DNA of 64,000 nucleotides from Trichoplax adhaerens (lineage: Eukaryota; Animalia; Placozoa). Each line of letters starts with the position of its first letter. Position 1 is the stretch's first letter. The position numbers and the translations under genes were made by a program. A model generated the notes under the pieces. The model saw only the letters and a program-made list of their open reading frames with translations. It searched no databases and was not told the DNA's origin. The stretch spans positions 4,378,964 through 4,442,963 of the forward strand of contig NW_002060949.1 in assembly GCF_000150275.1 (NCBI RefSeq), given 5' to 3'. Of this stretch, positions 1 through 15,000 are shown piece after piece.

Positions 1-1
1 A

Positions 2-3000
2 TCATATCTTCCGAATACTGTCAGCTTCCTTCATGATTATTTTAGCTTTATCTGCTGGATTTAATGCCGATAGTTCTTTCGCATGAGTATTTAGTTGTTC
101 TAGTGTTTTACTCGCATTATCGATACTCTTATTAATTTCCTAAAATTTCAAAATAATACGTGTAATTAATGTTACATGCTTTAATATATTTATATTATGA
201 ATTTTCCATATACTCGTACTATAAAATCTCGTATAACGACTTCACTTATATATCACACACAACATAAAAATATTACATAGATGTACAGTATATATGTATG
301 TATATTACTATTGAGATTTTATGAAATACAAATGAAGTTGTTATAATAAAATGTCATATACCTCGCACATAACTTGTAATTCGTTGATTTTATCTATTCC
401 TAACTCTGTAACTGGAGTTGATAATATCTCTTTCGCTTCAATATCTCTACAGAAATTTCTTAACTGTGTACGATATTGATTAAACGATTTAGCTGCCGTT
501 AACGCTTGATCCAAGTTATTCTTCTTTATATCTAATCCTTTTTGACAACTATCGTATTTGGCTTTGATATCATCTATTTTCGCTTTAAGAGTTGTACAGT
601 CTTCTTGTGAGATCTCATCTGTTAAAAACTTGAGCGTATTTTCTATGCTGTCTACAACATCGTGGTAACCGTCTAAATCGGATTGTATATTCTGTATAAT
701 ATAGAAATAGCGTTTAAATGTTTTTGAATATTCTTTCAATCCTATATTGATAACTATTACAAATATAAAATCCATAATCGTATTATCGAATTTCTAAAAA
801 GATCTAGAATAAAGAACGAGATACTCTATTCTAAAATTATACTGTATTTTACTTATAAAGCGAGCGTTTTAAATCTAGTATGTAATAAAAATCTATATAT
901 TTATCGTAAATATTTTCGACGTAGCCTATTATACTATAATTAAATCAAATTTCTATAAATAATAATATTTAATTGAACTATAAAATTAGAACTTTTATAA
1001 CTACCTTTCGATGAGTCATATTATTCTCAATTTGATCGATGTCAATACCGACATCCTCGTCTTCAGTTAAATACGGTAATAACTCATCTAGCCATGTATT
1101 CAATGATTGTGAATTCGATTCCAAATTTAAATAACCCTTTCGGACTTGCTTTAAATTTTCTTCTTTTCCGCTTATTATCTTATCTATATCGTTTACACGA
1201 TCTTTAATCGTCGATTTGCATTCTTCTAATTCGTCCACGTCGTTATCCGAATTTAATTGAACTAATTCGTCTACATTTTCTTCTAAGTCTGGTAGCATAT
1301 CTTTAGCATTCGATAAAGTCAACGCAAGTTTCTACAAGTAATCACATTTTCCATAATATTAACACTAATATAATAAATTAATGATGAAACTATTACTAAA
1401 TTATCCTTATAAATACGATAAAAATATACTCATAATATTTATCTATTACTAATCTAGTTTACTTACTAACCTCAATAATAATCTCAATATTATATATATA
1501 CATATACATTTAGTGTGATACGCTATATTCTACAGTGTTATAATCGATGTTTAATTCTATTTCTTAAGTTCAGTAACATTAGATAATTATGTTATACGAT
1601 AGTATAGCTCTAGTATATTAATAATTAACTATTATAATAATTATAATTATATACCGTAGATATAATATATACAAATATAATTGTTACCCTAAATGATTTG
1701 ATGTTTTCCACACAATTCTCTAATGGTAATTCTTTAGTTTCCATCTTAAATAGATCAGAGCTTTCTATCTCTTGACAAATACTTGCTAATTCGTTTTTAT
1801 TCTCTTCTAGTCTTTCTGCTGTATTTAAGCCGTTCTTTAGCTGACGTTCCCTTAATCGACATTTCGATATAAATTCTTTGTTTCTGTCTTTCAATTCAGC
1901 GAATTTCTTATCTAAAGTATCTATATCTACTTCACAACAGTCCGGATATAATTCGTCGAGTTTGGATTCTAATTCTCTTATCGCGACATTGTATTCATCG
2001 TTAATTTTCTGCGATGTTAATTTATGATCTTTAATATTATTTTCTATAGCTTCCAATGACGATCCTACTGACTTTACCAAATCGTAATCAGTAATTGTTA
2101 TATCTAATGCCTCAATCGCATTTCCGTATACATTATTCCAATCTTCATGTTTATCCTTTCTGTCTTTTAGTAGATTTTCTTTCATATTGATTACTTTGTC
2201 TGCTTTTTCTAGCCGATCTTTCACACGTTTTAATTTATCTTTCATTTCATTTGACATAGCTTCTAAATCTTTTCCAGATACCGCTTCTATCTTACTCTCG
2301 AGATTCTTCAGTAATTCATCATTACTATCTATTGCGTTTTCTAGTTCCTTACATTTCTCTAAACACATATCAGACTCGTCTAATTTAACTTGTGCCATTT
2401 CTTGACGTACGAGTTCAGTTTCTTCTATTTCTTCGCATTTCGAGTTTAATTTCTTATATATTTCCTCGAAATCGTTAGAAACTTCGTATGCTTCTTCTAC
2501 GTCACTCTTCTTATTCTCGCTGCTTTCTTTTGTCAAGATGTATTGTTCTTTTAAATTTTCCACTTCTTTTACTATCTTCTCTTTCTCGTCTTGTGGAACA
2601 TTTTCTGTTAGCTCATCACAAATATTTGTCAATGTCGATATGAAATCACCTCTATCTTTAATATCATTCTCAATGTTCTGAAACAGATTTTAACATAGAC
2701 ATATATCATAGTTAATATTGGCTTCACAATAAATGATAGTTTCTAGCAATAAACAACATAAGATTAGTCGCTAGGTAGCAATGATCATTAAGAATTAGAT
2801 TTAGCACCTTTGTGGTGTTTCTATTATCTTCAATATTAGTACTCGATGTTTTTGGTAAGTCTACTTTCTTTAATTGATTATTTACACTTTCCAGCCAGTT
2901 TGATAATTCTTTCAGATTTTGATCAAGTTGTTGTGATTGTTCTTGTTTCATTTTCAAATAGGATTCATTCTCTCGCACAGCAATCTCTAACTTACGCAGT

Positions 3001-6000
3001 CTATCCTTAATCCCGTTTACTTTACTGGGTAAGTGTTCATAGCTACCATCAGTATCAAGCGAAATAAGCTGATTGGCCAATTTTTCCAATTTATGGGCAA
3101 AATTTTCACCTCTATTGAGTGTTTCGATGATTTGCTAACACAAGAATGCATTCATTTATTTACAGAAAAGTAGACCTCAAAAGTTCTTTATATGTTAATT
3201 AAGTAATTCTACATATTTCTTTAGGAAAGCCTCCCACTAAATAATCTTAAGTCTTACCAATTGTTTTTCGAATTGTTCCTTCATAGAATTATCATCAATA
3301 GACACAATTGGTTTAAAGGCATAATCACCACTCTCAATTTCATCACATAAAGTGGTTACGGCATCGTATGAGAGTTCAAATGCCTCTAATAATTTTAGTT
3401 TTTTCTCCTCTGCGCTAGCATTGATCAATTCATATTTATTTCTGATATCGATTATATCATTCCCAATCTCTTCAGCATCTACAACAGAAGAGTTTTTAAT
3501 TACATCTTCACGGAGTTCTTCTATCTCATTTAGGCATTCTATGTATCTTTCCCTAGTAGTGTGATCGACCTACAGAAATATCATACATAAGATGACTATA
3601 ATTATCAACTTCAACATCAATTATACCGCGTTGCAATAAGTAGAAGCAACTAACCTGAGGGGAATCAATTGCTGAAATTTGAATTCGATCAAGAAATTTT
3701 TTAACATTTTGAATTTTGTCTTGTAGATCTTTCATTTGGAGATCGTACTGTCGGACACGTTGATATTTCTCTCGAGCAAAGTCTAGCAAGTTGGCCAATC
3801 TGTTCTTGATACTACTAACGTTACTTTCTATGAGTTCAGTGACAGATGGTGAATTTAGTACAGTAAGTTCACTGGCAGCTTCTTCCAATTTCTGGACGGT
3901 TTCATCACTTGATTCTATAGCTTTAAATATTTTCTGCAAGCAAGAAAAAGCTCAACTTGTAAAAGAAACTGTATATGGCTAGCTCACCTATCAGAACTCA
4001 TCAAAATTATATTATATACCTGCAATTCAGTTTCATAATCGTCAACATCCCTTAATCTCATAAGATTATCACTGCTTCGCATGACACAGCTAGATTCGAC
4101 TTCTGCGCAAAGTTCTAGCAAGCTGCTGATACTTTCAGAATAATCTCCGACTACATTTTTTCCCATTGTAAGTCTGTCCTCTTTCTCAGTTAGCATCTTA
4201 ATCAAGTCATTATAATTTTCTTCGACTTCTTGTAATTGGTTGGCAATATTAACACAGTCATTTTCTGGGCAACACGCGCTAAGCTCTTTTCCTATCTGAT
4301 TCACCACTATTTTAGTACTCTTACAACGATTTACATCTCCTCTGCAAATCTAGAAATAAATTCAGAACGTAATTATTTTTATAACATCCATTAACGTAAA
4401 TAATCAAGAATCCTTACATTGTAATCACAAAGTTTCTGATCTACTTCTTCTATAGTCAAACCCACAGAAAGATCTTTCACTGTATCACTGTCTTTGTAAC
4501 TAAGGATATCTCTAAGTAATTCTTGTACTGTCTTGTCGAATTTATTAGATAAGGTTAACTTATCATTTAATTCATTTACTATAACGTCTATCTTAGATCG
4601 CATCTCTGTAAAATGTCTATCTATATCAGCCACTTTTAACCCAACGTCTTCAGATACATCAAGAGAGCTAACTTTTACAAGTTGATCTGCACAAGTATGT
4701 AATTCAGTCAACAAAACTTGATCTTTAACCAGATTGTTAGAAGCTTCCTGAATTTCATAAAGTTAGAAAATTAAAAATTTATTCGTAATCACATAATCTT
4801 TTGAACGCAAGTTGCTTACTTTGCTTTGGATATTGAATTCTTCTAGCGAGCTTAACCCCACTGAGTTAATTTCTACGTTCATAATGTCGCTCGCTATCAG
4901 TATTTCATAAATTCCTCGTAGATTTACTAACTTAGCCTCAAAGTTCTTAGCAGCATCATTCGTCTTACGCCATTTGTCTCCTTTCTCATTAATAGTTATC
5001 AAAATATCTGAGTAACGGTCTTTAACCTTATCAAGTTTACTCTGAATTCTAACTACATCTTTGTTTGAGCCATAATTAGTAATTTCACTCCCAATTTTTT
5101 CAATCTCGTCAATGACTTCCTTACAGTTTTCAACATTGCCTTCTATAACCTACATCAATAATTTTTTTATAGGTTACGCATGTTATCGAAACTTGATCAA
5201 AAGAAAACTATCAGAAATCAAATTACCTTATGTGCCTTGATACACTCCTCTATAACAGTTGTATCAATAGTACTGAGAGTATTTTTACGCAATTCTCCGT
5301 CGACCGCATCAAAGTATGCCTTTGCAAAATCGACTTTTTCATCGAACTGACGTATTCGGTTAGACTTTTCTTTTAAGAGATTCTTTTTATCAGTTAACAT
5401 GGCTCTGATATCATGAGCACGATTTTTAAGACCCTCTACCTTGTTTTGAAAAGGATGTACAAGTTGACTAGCGTCTGAAAACAGTTTAGCATTTGCTTCC
5501 GCCTCTTCTGCAATTTCGTCATAGACATTGAAACTCTTTTCGAATTCCTAAAGATAATAGATACTAACCTTCAACAGTTGCACAATCAGAAGACAGTAAA
5601 ATAATTCGCAAATTTGATTGCCCATACCTCAAATTCAGCTAAGCAACTTTCCACAACTTCCGAATCCACACTAATAGTATTCACGTCGGCAAGTTGTGTA
5701 ATTGTTGGATTTTCGCATAAGGTGTTCAATTCATTGTAGGAATTTTCAAATTCTTTTGCCCTTAAAGAGTACTCTTCCAACTTCTTCTTCCTTTCACTTA
5801 TCATATCGTCGAAATTTGTAAACTTATTTCTCAAGTTGGAAACTTCTGCAGTAAGTCTCTTGGAGTCGATATCCGAATAAGTAACTAACTTTGATCCTAT
5901 ACTGTCCAATTCATTAAACTGATCCTTCCAACTTTCAATCTCTTCAGCAGCAAACTATTCATATTAAAATATTCAAGACTTTATTGAAAATTCGAATACC

Positions 6001-9000
6001 TAAATGATGAATAATAACCATGATCTAAACATACCTGTAGCTCAACTAGATCTTTTGTCAATTCTCCAGCTGTTACAGCTGTAACAGGCGCTTCCACAAC
6101 TTTCTCCAGTCCACTAATTTTACTTTGAAAGTCTTGAACTATCTCGTAAGAATTCTGCATAGTCTGTTCCTTTTGTTTTAAGTTTACGTATTTAGCATTT
6201 AGCGTACTGTTCACATTTCCTGCTTCAGAAGTTAATTCCGATATTTTTTCGTGGAAGTACTGAGCATCTTTATCGAAGTTAACATCCAGTAACGTAGCGG
6301 TATTCTCACTCATTGCTTTAATATCACTTTCGATAATGGAAACCAGGGTTTGTAATTCCTAAAAAATTATTTAATTTTGTTTATTGTCTCTATAGCTTTA
6401 CTTTATTTTTACCTATCATATAGTAACTACCTTGTAATCTGACAACAGCTTCTCAATCTCCACCTTGTTTACATCAAATAACTTTACAGTAAGGAAAGGT
6501 CCACATTTAATGTCTTGGCACTTTTGTTTCACCTCTTTATATTGTCGTGTAAGCAATAATACCATTTCTTCACCCTTAATAAGTTTCTTTTCCCGTTCTT
6601 TAATTGCCTCAAAAATACTATCAACCTTACTCTTAACATAATGTAAAATACTTAGATTGCCGGACTTTTGTTGATCTAGTGTCCTCGCTATTAATTTTTT
6701 GTTCAACTTCTGAAGTTGATTTATACTTTCTTCGTGAGTACAAAGTTCGTCTGATAATTTCTATAAGGAAAAAATTGGAATCTTAAAAGCTGCAACTTTG
6801 AGGTGCAGAGTACAAAATAATATCCGAAAGAATATGAATTTACCCGCAAATAAGATAACTTAGGTTGTACTTGATCAATTTCAATTTCATTCAGTAAGTC
6901 TATCAGCGAACTGCTAGTCTTAGTACACCATTTATTTATTTCATCGATAGAGATATCAATGAATTCAAAGTCCCGTAATCGTTCTATTAATTCGGATTCT
7001 TTAAGTCGCACTTGGTCTCTTAAACTAAATAGTTTATTCTTAAATTGCAAAAACTGATCATATTTTGGTTGTGGGTAGTTTGCCGAGTTTAATGAAGATA
7101 GCATATCCATGTTTTCGCTAGCCACACTGAGCGCATCGTCTCCGATCATAAACTGCTTGTGACATTGCTATTAAACAAAAAACGATACGCTGATCATGAT
7201 CAACGCACTAATTTCATTTAGACAATATAGTCATAACTTACCTGACATCTATCTATGTAGCTTCGAATATCTTCCATTCTAATAATTTCAACATCAATTC
7301 CGACAACTCCACACAGTTCGACTAGCCTACACGATTGGCTTACTTTTTCCAAGGATTCTTTAATCCGATCAGCAGCTACTTTCCCACTTTCTAAGTCATA
7401 GCCGCGCTGGTTGATTACTGCAGTAAGCTTTAAGCTATTGTCTTTAGCAGCCTGCAATTTTAATTTAACATCAGCTACTTCAGACTCGGGCACGTTTTGT
7501 ATGACACTGTTATGCATTTCTTCAATTTTGGCTAAGAGAGTGTCCTGACGTTGAATCTTGTCGAGGATAATCCTCTGTTCGAAAAGATTCCCCTCTATTT
7601 CTAAGATATCAAACCCAATCAATTCCTTTCCAGGCAAATTTTTATTAATTTCATACTGCAAGTCTTTTAACTCCTTAATACTAAGATCAAATCGAGATAT
7701 GCTGTCATATTTGGTTTTAAGCTCTATTCCCTTCTCTTGTATTGCTTTACCAATTTCCATTGTATTTTCTTTTAATATTTTAACCTTCTCAAATAATTGC
7801 GATGCTTCCTTCTCGTTAAAAGCTGCTAACTGAAGAGCAGCATGATCGACTTCGCTTAGCAAGTATTCATTATGATTAAGGTTACTTTGTAATTCCATAC
7901 AAGTAGCATGATAGCTTTCTACTTCAGTTATTGCTAAATCTTTTACAATAACTTCCGAAATTGCTGCAGCCTTAAGACTTTCGTATATATTGTACAACTT
8001 ATCATAAACTTCCTCAAAATGTTTGCACATCACCATTACTTTTGATGCCTGTTGCCTCTCTTCCAAAGCCTTCATTCTCAAGGCAAAATACCGATTCCAG
8101 GTTTCTTGCACTTCCTGATTTATCTTACTACTATTGATCTGGGTAAGGAAAGGCATTTGTTTATTGAAAGAGTCTTCTATCGTCTGTAATACGCTGTGGT
8201 AACCATCAATTTCGACAAGTAGAGTTCCTAGATCGTTCAAACTTTTGGCTATTGTTTCAGAAGTAATCCCAATAGTTTGATCCAATAATAACTCGTCAGA
8301 AAGGCTATCAAGCCAGGAATTAACGTCGCTAATATTTTTTATATAAGCTTCATAGCATTTAAGTCTCTCCTGCAGGGCTTGTTTATTTACCTTCAATGAA
8401 GAATTTATTTCTCTAATTTTGTTTTTAGATCTCTCAGGTTCTTGCATTATATGAGAAGAAAGATGATAAGGATTTAATTTAACAACTTGTTCTGTAATAA
8501 TTTCTAGCTTTTCATGTAGGGCCATGTGATGGTTGATTTTATTCTCAAGTTCTTGACAACTAACAATATATTCGTGTGTTGCATTAATATCTACAGCTTC
8601 GATTGTTAAGTTAATGATTCTTGAGGATTCAATATCAGCATATGACTCCTTAACAGCCGCAAGACAATTTATATAAAAGTCCAGCGCTGTCTTTAGTTCT
8701 TTTAACTTATTTTCTTTTGTAGTGACAATCTCCATTAATTGAGCATAATTTTCTTTCATTTTCGATATCATGCGTTTGACATTGATTAAATTTTCACCAG
8801 AACAAAGGGTTACCATATTATCACCAATACTCTCAATTTCAGCTACGTTATTTCTTTCATGGATTACTTCTTCTTTTACTTCCTCCATTAGACGTGAATT
8901 CTGTAATATACTATCAGATTCAACACCAACCGTCTGAAGTTTTAGCAATTTTTCTCTAACCCTAAACTGCCATGTATCAAACATATTTAAATTTTTATCT

Positions 9001-12000
9001 AACTTCTCATATAATTCTCCTTTCGTAAATAACGATTTCTGTCTGAATTCAACATCTTGTCGTAGTGCTTCAAAGCCTTCTACAACAGAATTTAGCTTCT
9101 CCCGTATTATGCCCTTAGAATCTTCCGAATTCATTTCCATTAGCTTTTCTGCACTTTTTTGAGCTTCAGTAAGGATAATGACATACTCTGATTGTAAATC
9201 CTTGATTTTTGAACATTTTAAGCTAGCTTCTTTGAGTTCCTTCAATCTTATCGAAGATAAATCAATTTTTAATATATTTTCCTGGCTAATATTCTTATTA
9301 AACCCATCAAGTTCACAATAAGATTTCTCAAACTGCTTAGCAGCCTGTAAAGCGGATTTTACTAAGTGATCTTTGGATTTCAACCGATGTTTTAATTTAC
9401 CGTATTCCGCATCAATAAACTCAATATCACTCTGAAATTCTTTAGTTATTTCTTTAGAAGTGGTCACAGTAATTTCATTAAGTTTATCTTTGACAGCGCC
9501 AATCGAATTTTCAATGGGAAGAAGTTGATCATGTATTTCAGTAAGATGATAACCACTACTTTGGATATCGTCAACCGTAACTCCTACGAACATTATAGCA
9601 TCTAAGTCATTATTTAGCATTATTATACGGCTATTCAAACTTTTTAGTCGCTCATTAATTTCAGTTACGTCTCGTTGCCTCTCCATTAACACATCTTTCT
9701 TCAAATTAACTAAATCGATTAACTTTCTCACTCGATCATTGGCATCTTGAACAATCTTTCGAAGAAAAGATGGGTTTGTAGATATTTTACGCCCTACCAT
9801 TTTTTTAATATTGATTATCATGTTATTAGTAAGATCTTGATAAACTACAAGGCTAGCTAATGCTGTCTCACACCTAGCAATGTAACTACTAAATAATTCC
9901 ATATCGACCGTTTCAACTTCTATTTTTGCTACATCCTTTTCAGCGTCATTACAAAGTTCGTGTAAAGATTGCCTAGAAGTTTGAAATTCTAGCATCGCAA
10001 ACTTGATTCCACGAATTTCATCATCGTTCTTTCTAACAATATGTTGCAGTCCTGAATAACGATTATGAATTCTTTCTGATTGAAGTTTGATCACATTCAT
10101 TTCACGTTCCGAAGCTTTACTCTTGATATCAGAAACAATTTTGCGTAATTGCATTACATTTTCTTCGCCTTTACTAATGTCATCTAAGAGTTCTTTATTT
10201 TTCACCAAAAATTTATCTACGTCATCTGGATTTAAATCAATTTGCTCGCTTTCTTTCCTGCTTTCTAGCTGATCTAACCATGTTTGTAGCTGCTTTGTAG
10301 ACTTGTTAAACAAATTTACCTGATCCCTTTTCCATTCAAGGTTTTGTTTTAGATCCATGATTGTACTTTCCATATCGGTAAAACGAGACCGAATTTCATC
10401 AGCCTTTTGATTTATTAGCAATGATACACCTTCTGGATTAATCTTTATCAATTGATTTGCACTTGCTCGCATCCTATCAACCGTACTTTGGTTACTTTTC
10501 ATTAAATTCTCATTTACAATGCAGCTGTCAATATAATCATTTACATCTTCGTTAGGTACTAAAGCAATATCAACAGTACAAATGTCTTCAGCTTCTATTT
10601 TATCAATAATCCTTTCTAGTAAATTGTAACATTCTTGGAATCGTTCTGCTGCATCTAAAGCAATTTTGAACACGTCACTTCTACTGCTAACAGCTTCACA
10701 GGTATCTTTATAAGAACTAGTTAGCTCGTCAATCTTCAACGCTAATTTTTCTTGATCTTCATGGTTACATTTTGTCTCAATGTCCGATTTTGAACTTTCT
10801 AACGATGATAAAGACTGCTGACGTTGATTGCAATCTTGTAGCATAATTCTAAGATTATTATATTGGTTTTCGATGGTTTTCACTTCAAGCCCTATAGGAT
10901 CAGTCTGATTAATTTGGAGTTGAATTATAGAAATCCAACTGTAAAAATCTCGAATCTTATCATTTAATGCGCGAATTATTCTTCTCTTATCTTTAAGTTC
11001 CTTTTCTTTGACAGTTTTATTCGCTTTAATATCAATAATCTTATTTCGTATGCTGTCAATTTCCCCGCTAATTGATGTAGTGACATTTACGGGACAGATA
11101 GCAGCAAGCTTATCTAAAAATCCTTCAGCACGTTCGTTTACATCTTCACAACTAGCCAGTAATGTATCAATTTCTTTACATTCCGCAATACAGTTGTCAA
11201 TATCATCTGTAGTTATATCAGTAATGCCTAATTGTACCACTTTCGTACTTGAAAGATGACCATGCAATTCTACTAGCCTTGCTACTAAATTTTCCAGCAT
11301 CTGCATAATAACACAACAATCTTCTAGCGACTTCTTTCTTTCCGAAACAACTTTAGTCATATCTTCATGCTTCTTCCTAGCAACTTGCAACCGATTCCAA
11401 ATGGGAAGCATACTTATCGACGTAGAACTATCTGAAGAATCTTTCAGCATCATTTCCAATTGTACAATTAAACCACCACAATTCTCCAGATTGTTATATA
11501 TTTCTTTACAATAGCTCAAATTTTGATCCGTTTCTAAGAAATTTTTACCAAATTGACTACTTTTGGTGATTTTCTCGCTAGCTAAATCTAGTTGATCATA
11601 AATGTTCCGTAGGAATTCATCAAGGTTTTTTGACGAAGCTATGATGTCATTTAATTTACGTTGTCTATCTAGGATGATTTTATTCAGTTCATTTAAACGA
11701 TTTTTCGATTCTTTCACTTTAATGGACAAACAGCTTGAATCCTCTTTGCAATTCAGTAACTCAGCAATATCAACCATATTCTCTAGATAGCCATTGCAGT
11801 CCAAAAGAAATCTTTTAGCAAATTCACAATTATTTAAGTAATCAAACGCTTGATTCATATCTATCGATGCCAGCTGTGACTTCATAACATCAAGTTTCAT
11901 AACTTTTTCACAAGATTCAGACAACAGCAGATAGTATGACTCAAAATCTTTAGACTTCTCAAGTTGCTCCTTGATTATTATAAGTCTTTTTTGACACGTA

Positions 12001-15000
12001 CTCTCTAATTCATCTAATTTTCTGGATATCGGAGGTGTACTATTCGAAATTGACAGAACGTCACTATCTATACTACTCTCCGATAGACTGTCTATATTCT
12101 TTAAAATATCTGTAAAAGAAGTTCGTTGCACTCCTACAGACGTTAATAAGTCCTCGTTAGCTTTTAGCATTTTTTCCAGATCATCCGCACGCATTTTCAT
12201 ATCATCAGAGTGTATTATTTGTTGTTCTATTATGCCAATCTCATCGCAAATCGTTGATAGGCCTCCATTAATATATTGCACCAGCTCCCTACGATTCTTT
12301 ATTTGTTCCATTCTATCTTGAATAGCAACTTTAATATCATCCATTCGTCCCTTTAATGTACAAAAAGTGTTTTGTGAAGGTCCTATGACTGATGAAAGGC
12401 CAAGATTACTTAATACTTCCCAATTAGAATCGAGTTTTGAGAACAAAGAATCACATTTCACGAGCTCATATTGAACCAAATTGCATTTATTAAGATAGTC
12501 CTCTTCGGCATAAAAGCTTAAACTTGCCACTTCAGTCTTAGTAATCTCAGAAATATTGGCATCATTAACACATTCAGTAAGGTGAATCTCATGATTCTTT
12601 AACTCCAACAATGATTGGTTACAAGTCCATAAATTTTCACGTTGATAAGTCAAAGTTGCTTCAAGATCTTTCAATTTTCCACGAGATTTTTTAATTTCGT
12701 TTTCCATTTGCGTTATATCTGACTCAAGAATGACAGTTTTCAGAGGATCAATGATCGTCTCTAAGGTTTGAATCAGAATCGATTTACCATCTAAAGTATT
12801 AAGTAAACTATCGACTTCGTCAATTGCTGCAACGACGTCTCCAGCTAAGGCGATATCCATCCTCAATTTTCTACTATCCTGATAAACCTCACTTAGAGAA
12901 TTACTCAATAACAAAAGGGTACTTTCATAGTCGCCTTTCTGCTTAATACTAAATTCAAATTCCCTTCTCATTCTTTCTATCCTAGCTTTAACATCATCAT
13001 ATTCTTTACTTGCTTTATCTAAACGATCTTGTAATTCTTCGTTCGATTCAGTGTTCCTTAAGGCAATAAATTGTTTCACGCAATTTTTTAAGGCTATCAA
13101 TGTATCTTCCTTGTCATTTGCTAAGTCATATAAATGTTCAAACATGGAAAGGCTTCCCGGTAATGCGTTAATATGGACTAGCTTATTTTCGTAATTGTTT
13201 AATTGCTCCACAATTCTAGAGGTAAGCTTACCAAGTGTCAGGAACAAATATTCGAATTCTTCGGCAAGCCTAAGCTTTTCTAACGAAGAATCTTCTAGTG
13301 TCGCATAAGTTTGCATTAATGATGCATGAAGTTCTTGAATAAGTTCAATCTGCGAATGTACCGCTTCTTTATCGGCTACTGAACACTGTTGTGATATAGT
13401 TCTACCAAGAGCGTCAAAATCTGCTATATCGACTAATTTATCGCTAATACAATCATACAACCCTTGCAATTTACTCCGGCTTTTTTGAATGGCCTCCGAA
13501 GTAAATCCGCTCTCGATACCTTTTAGGTCTTTCTGAAAATCTCTCAATTCGTTCATTAATACATCGTATTTTTGTTTAAATTTTTGGACATTCGTACGGA
13601 GGTCGCCGATTACTTTTTCTCTGATAGATAATTTCGATTGAAGTTTCTCGAAGCGATTCTGTAGTAATCTTATCTGATTATCAGCGTCCAAATCAATTTT
13701 GAAATCATTAAGAGCATCCGATGCAATCTTCAACTTGCTCAGTTCGTTACTTAAAGTCTGTTTATATTGTCCAGCATGGTATATATCATCATTAAAGTTA
13801 AGACAATTGAGATCAATGCATGCAAGATTGAGAGTCAATAAATTCGTACTTTCAATCTCTTCCAGAAGCTCTACAATTTTATCTCGAATAGAGTTAAACA
13901 GTTTTAAATCTGCCGCAGTTTTGGTTAAGTGATTCTGCTGCCAAAGAGCTTTTTTCTTAACCTCATTATATCGACTAGTTACATCCTTCATAGTTTCATG
14001 AACATTTATGGCATCGCTTTCGTTGCTTTCGTCAAGTCGCTTTCTGCCAGCTGCATTAAATCTATCTAATACGACTTGATAGCTATTAATTTCACTTAGT
14101 AATTGCTTACTAGTAAGTATTTCACGATCTGGATCACTGATAATTACAGGATTACTATCCTTCTCTTCTAATTGCTTTTCTTTCTCACATAGCCAACTTT
14201 GCATCTTATCGACTTCAGACCCAAAGTCTTGAGCTTGCCTCAACATATCAAGCATAACAGCTCTTTTACTCCCGACAGATGTCTTGAAATTTTCAATTTT
14301 TCCTACCAATTTATTAACTTTGACCTGATAAGGAGCCGTAACAGAATCTGTAACAACGGCTTGCAGATCTTTCATAACACTTAGTAAATCGGGTATTTTT
14401 TCTTCAACTGTCAAAATTTTGTCTTCGATATCCTAAGAATTAGAAATACGCGTGTACGATAAAGTGATATATAAAAGCGATCAACCAAAAATAACAGAGG
14501 CATTAATTACACTATTTAATAATCTTACCTTGCATTGATCTATCAATTGTGGTAAATTTTTGAATGTAAACTCACTATAATCGAAATTTATTATATACGA
14601 AGAGTCGATCTCGTCACAAGTGTTGACTAAATCTGAATATGACCACTTAAATTTTTGTATAACGATCAAACTTTGATTCAGAAAGTTACAACGATTGGAA
14701 ATAATGATAGTTAACCGATCAAGTTCCTTCTCTGTATTATCAGTCAGTAACTGTAAGTCAGACAGGTATTCAGAAGAGCATTGTTTAGCCAGTTCTTCCA
14801 TTTCCTGTGATACACGTTTCAAGTCAAACTTTTTCAATTTCAAGTTTTCAAGATTTTCCTATCCGATAGATAAAATTATTATTTAACAAGCAGCGAAAGG
14901 ATTTAATACTTGGTTACTAACAATTGTTGAAATAAATTCTACTACTATTCAAAATAAAATTTTAATGTAAATTCCATTTGATATACTTACTTTATCATTA

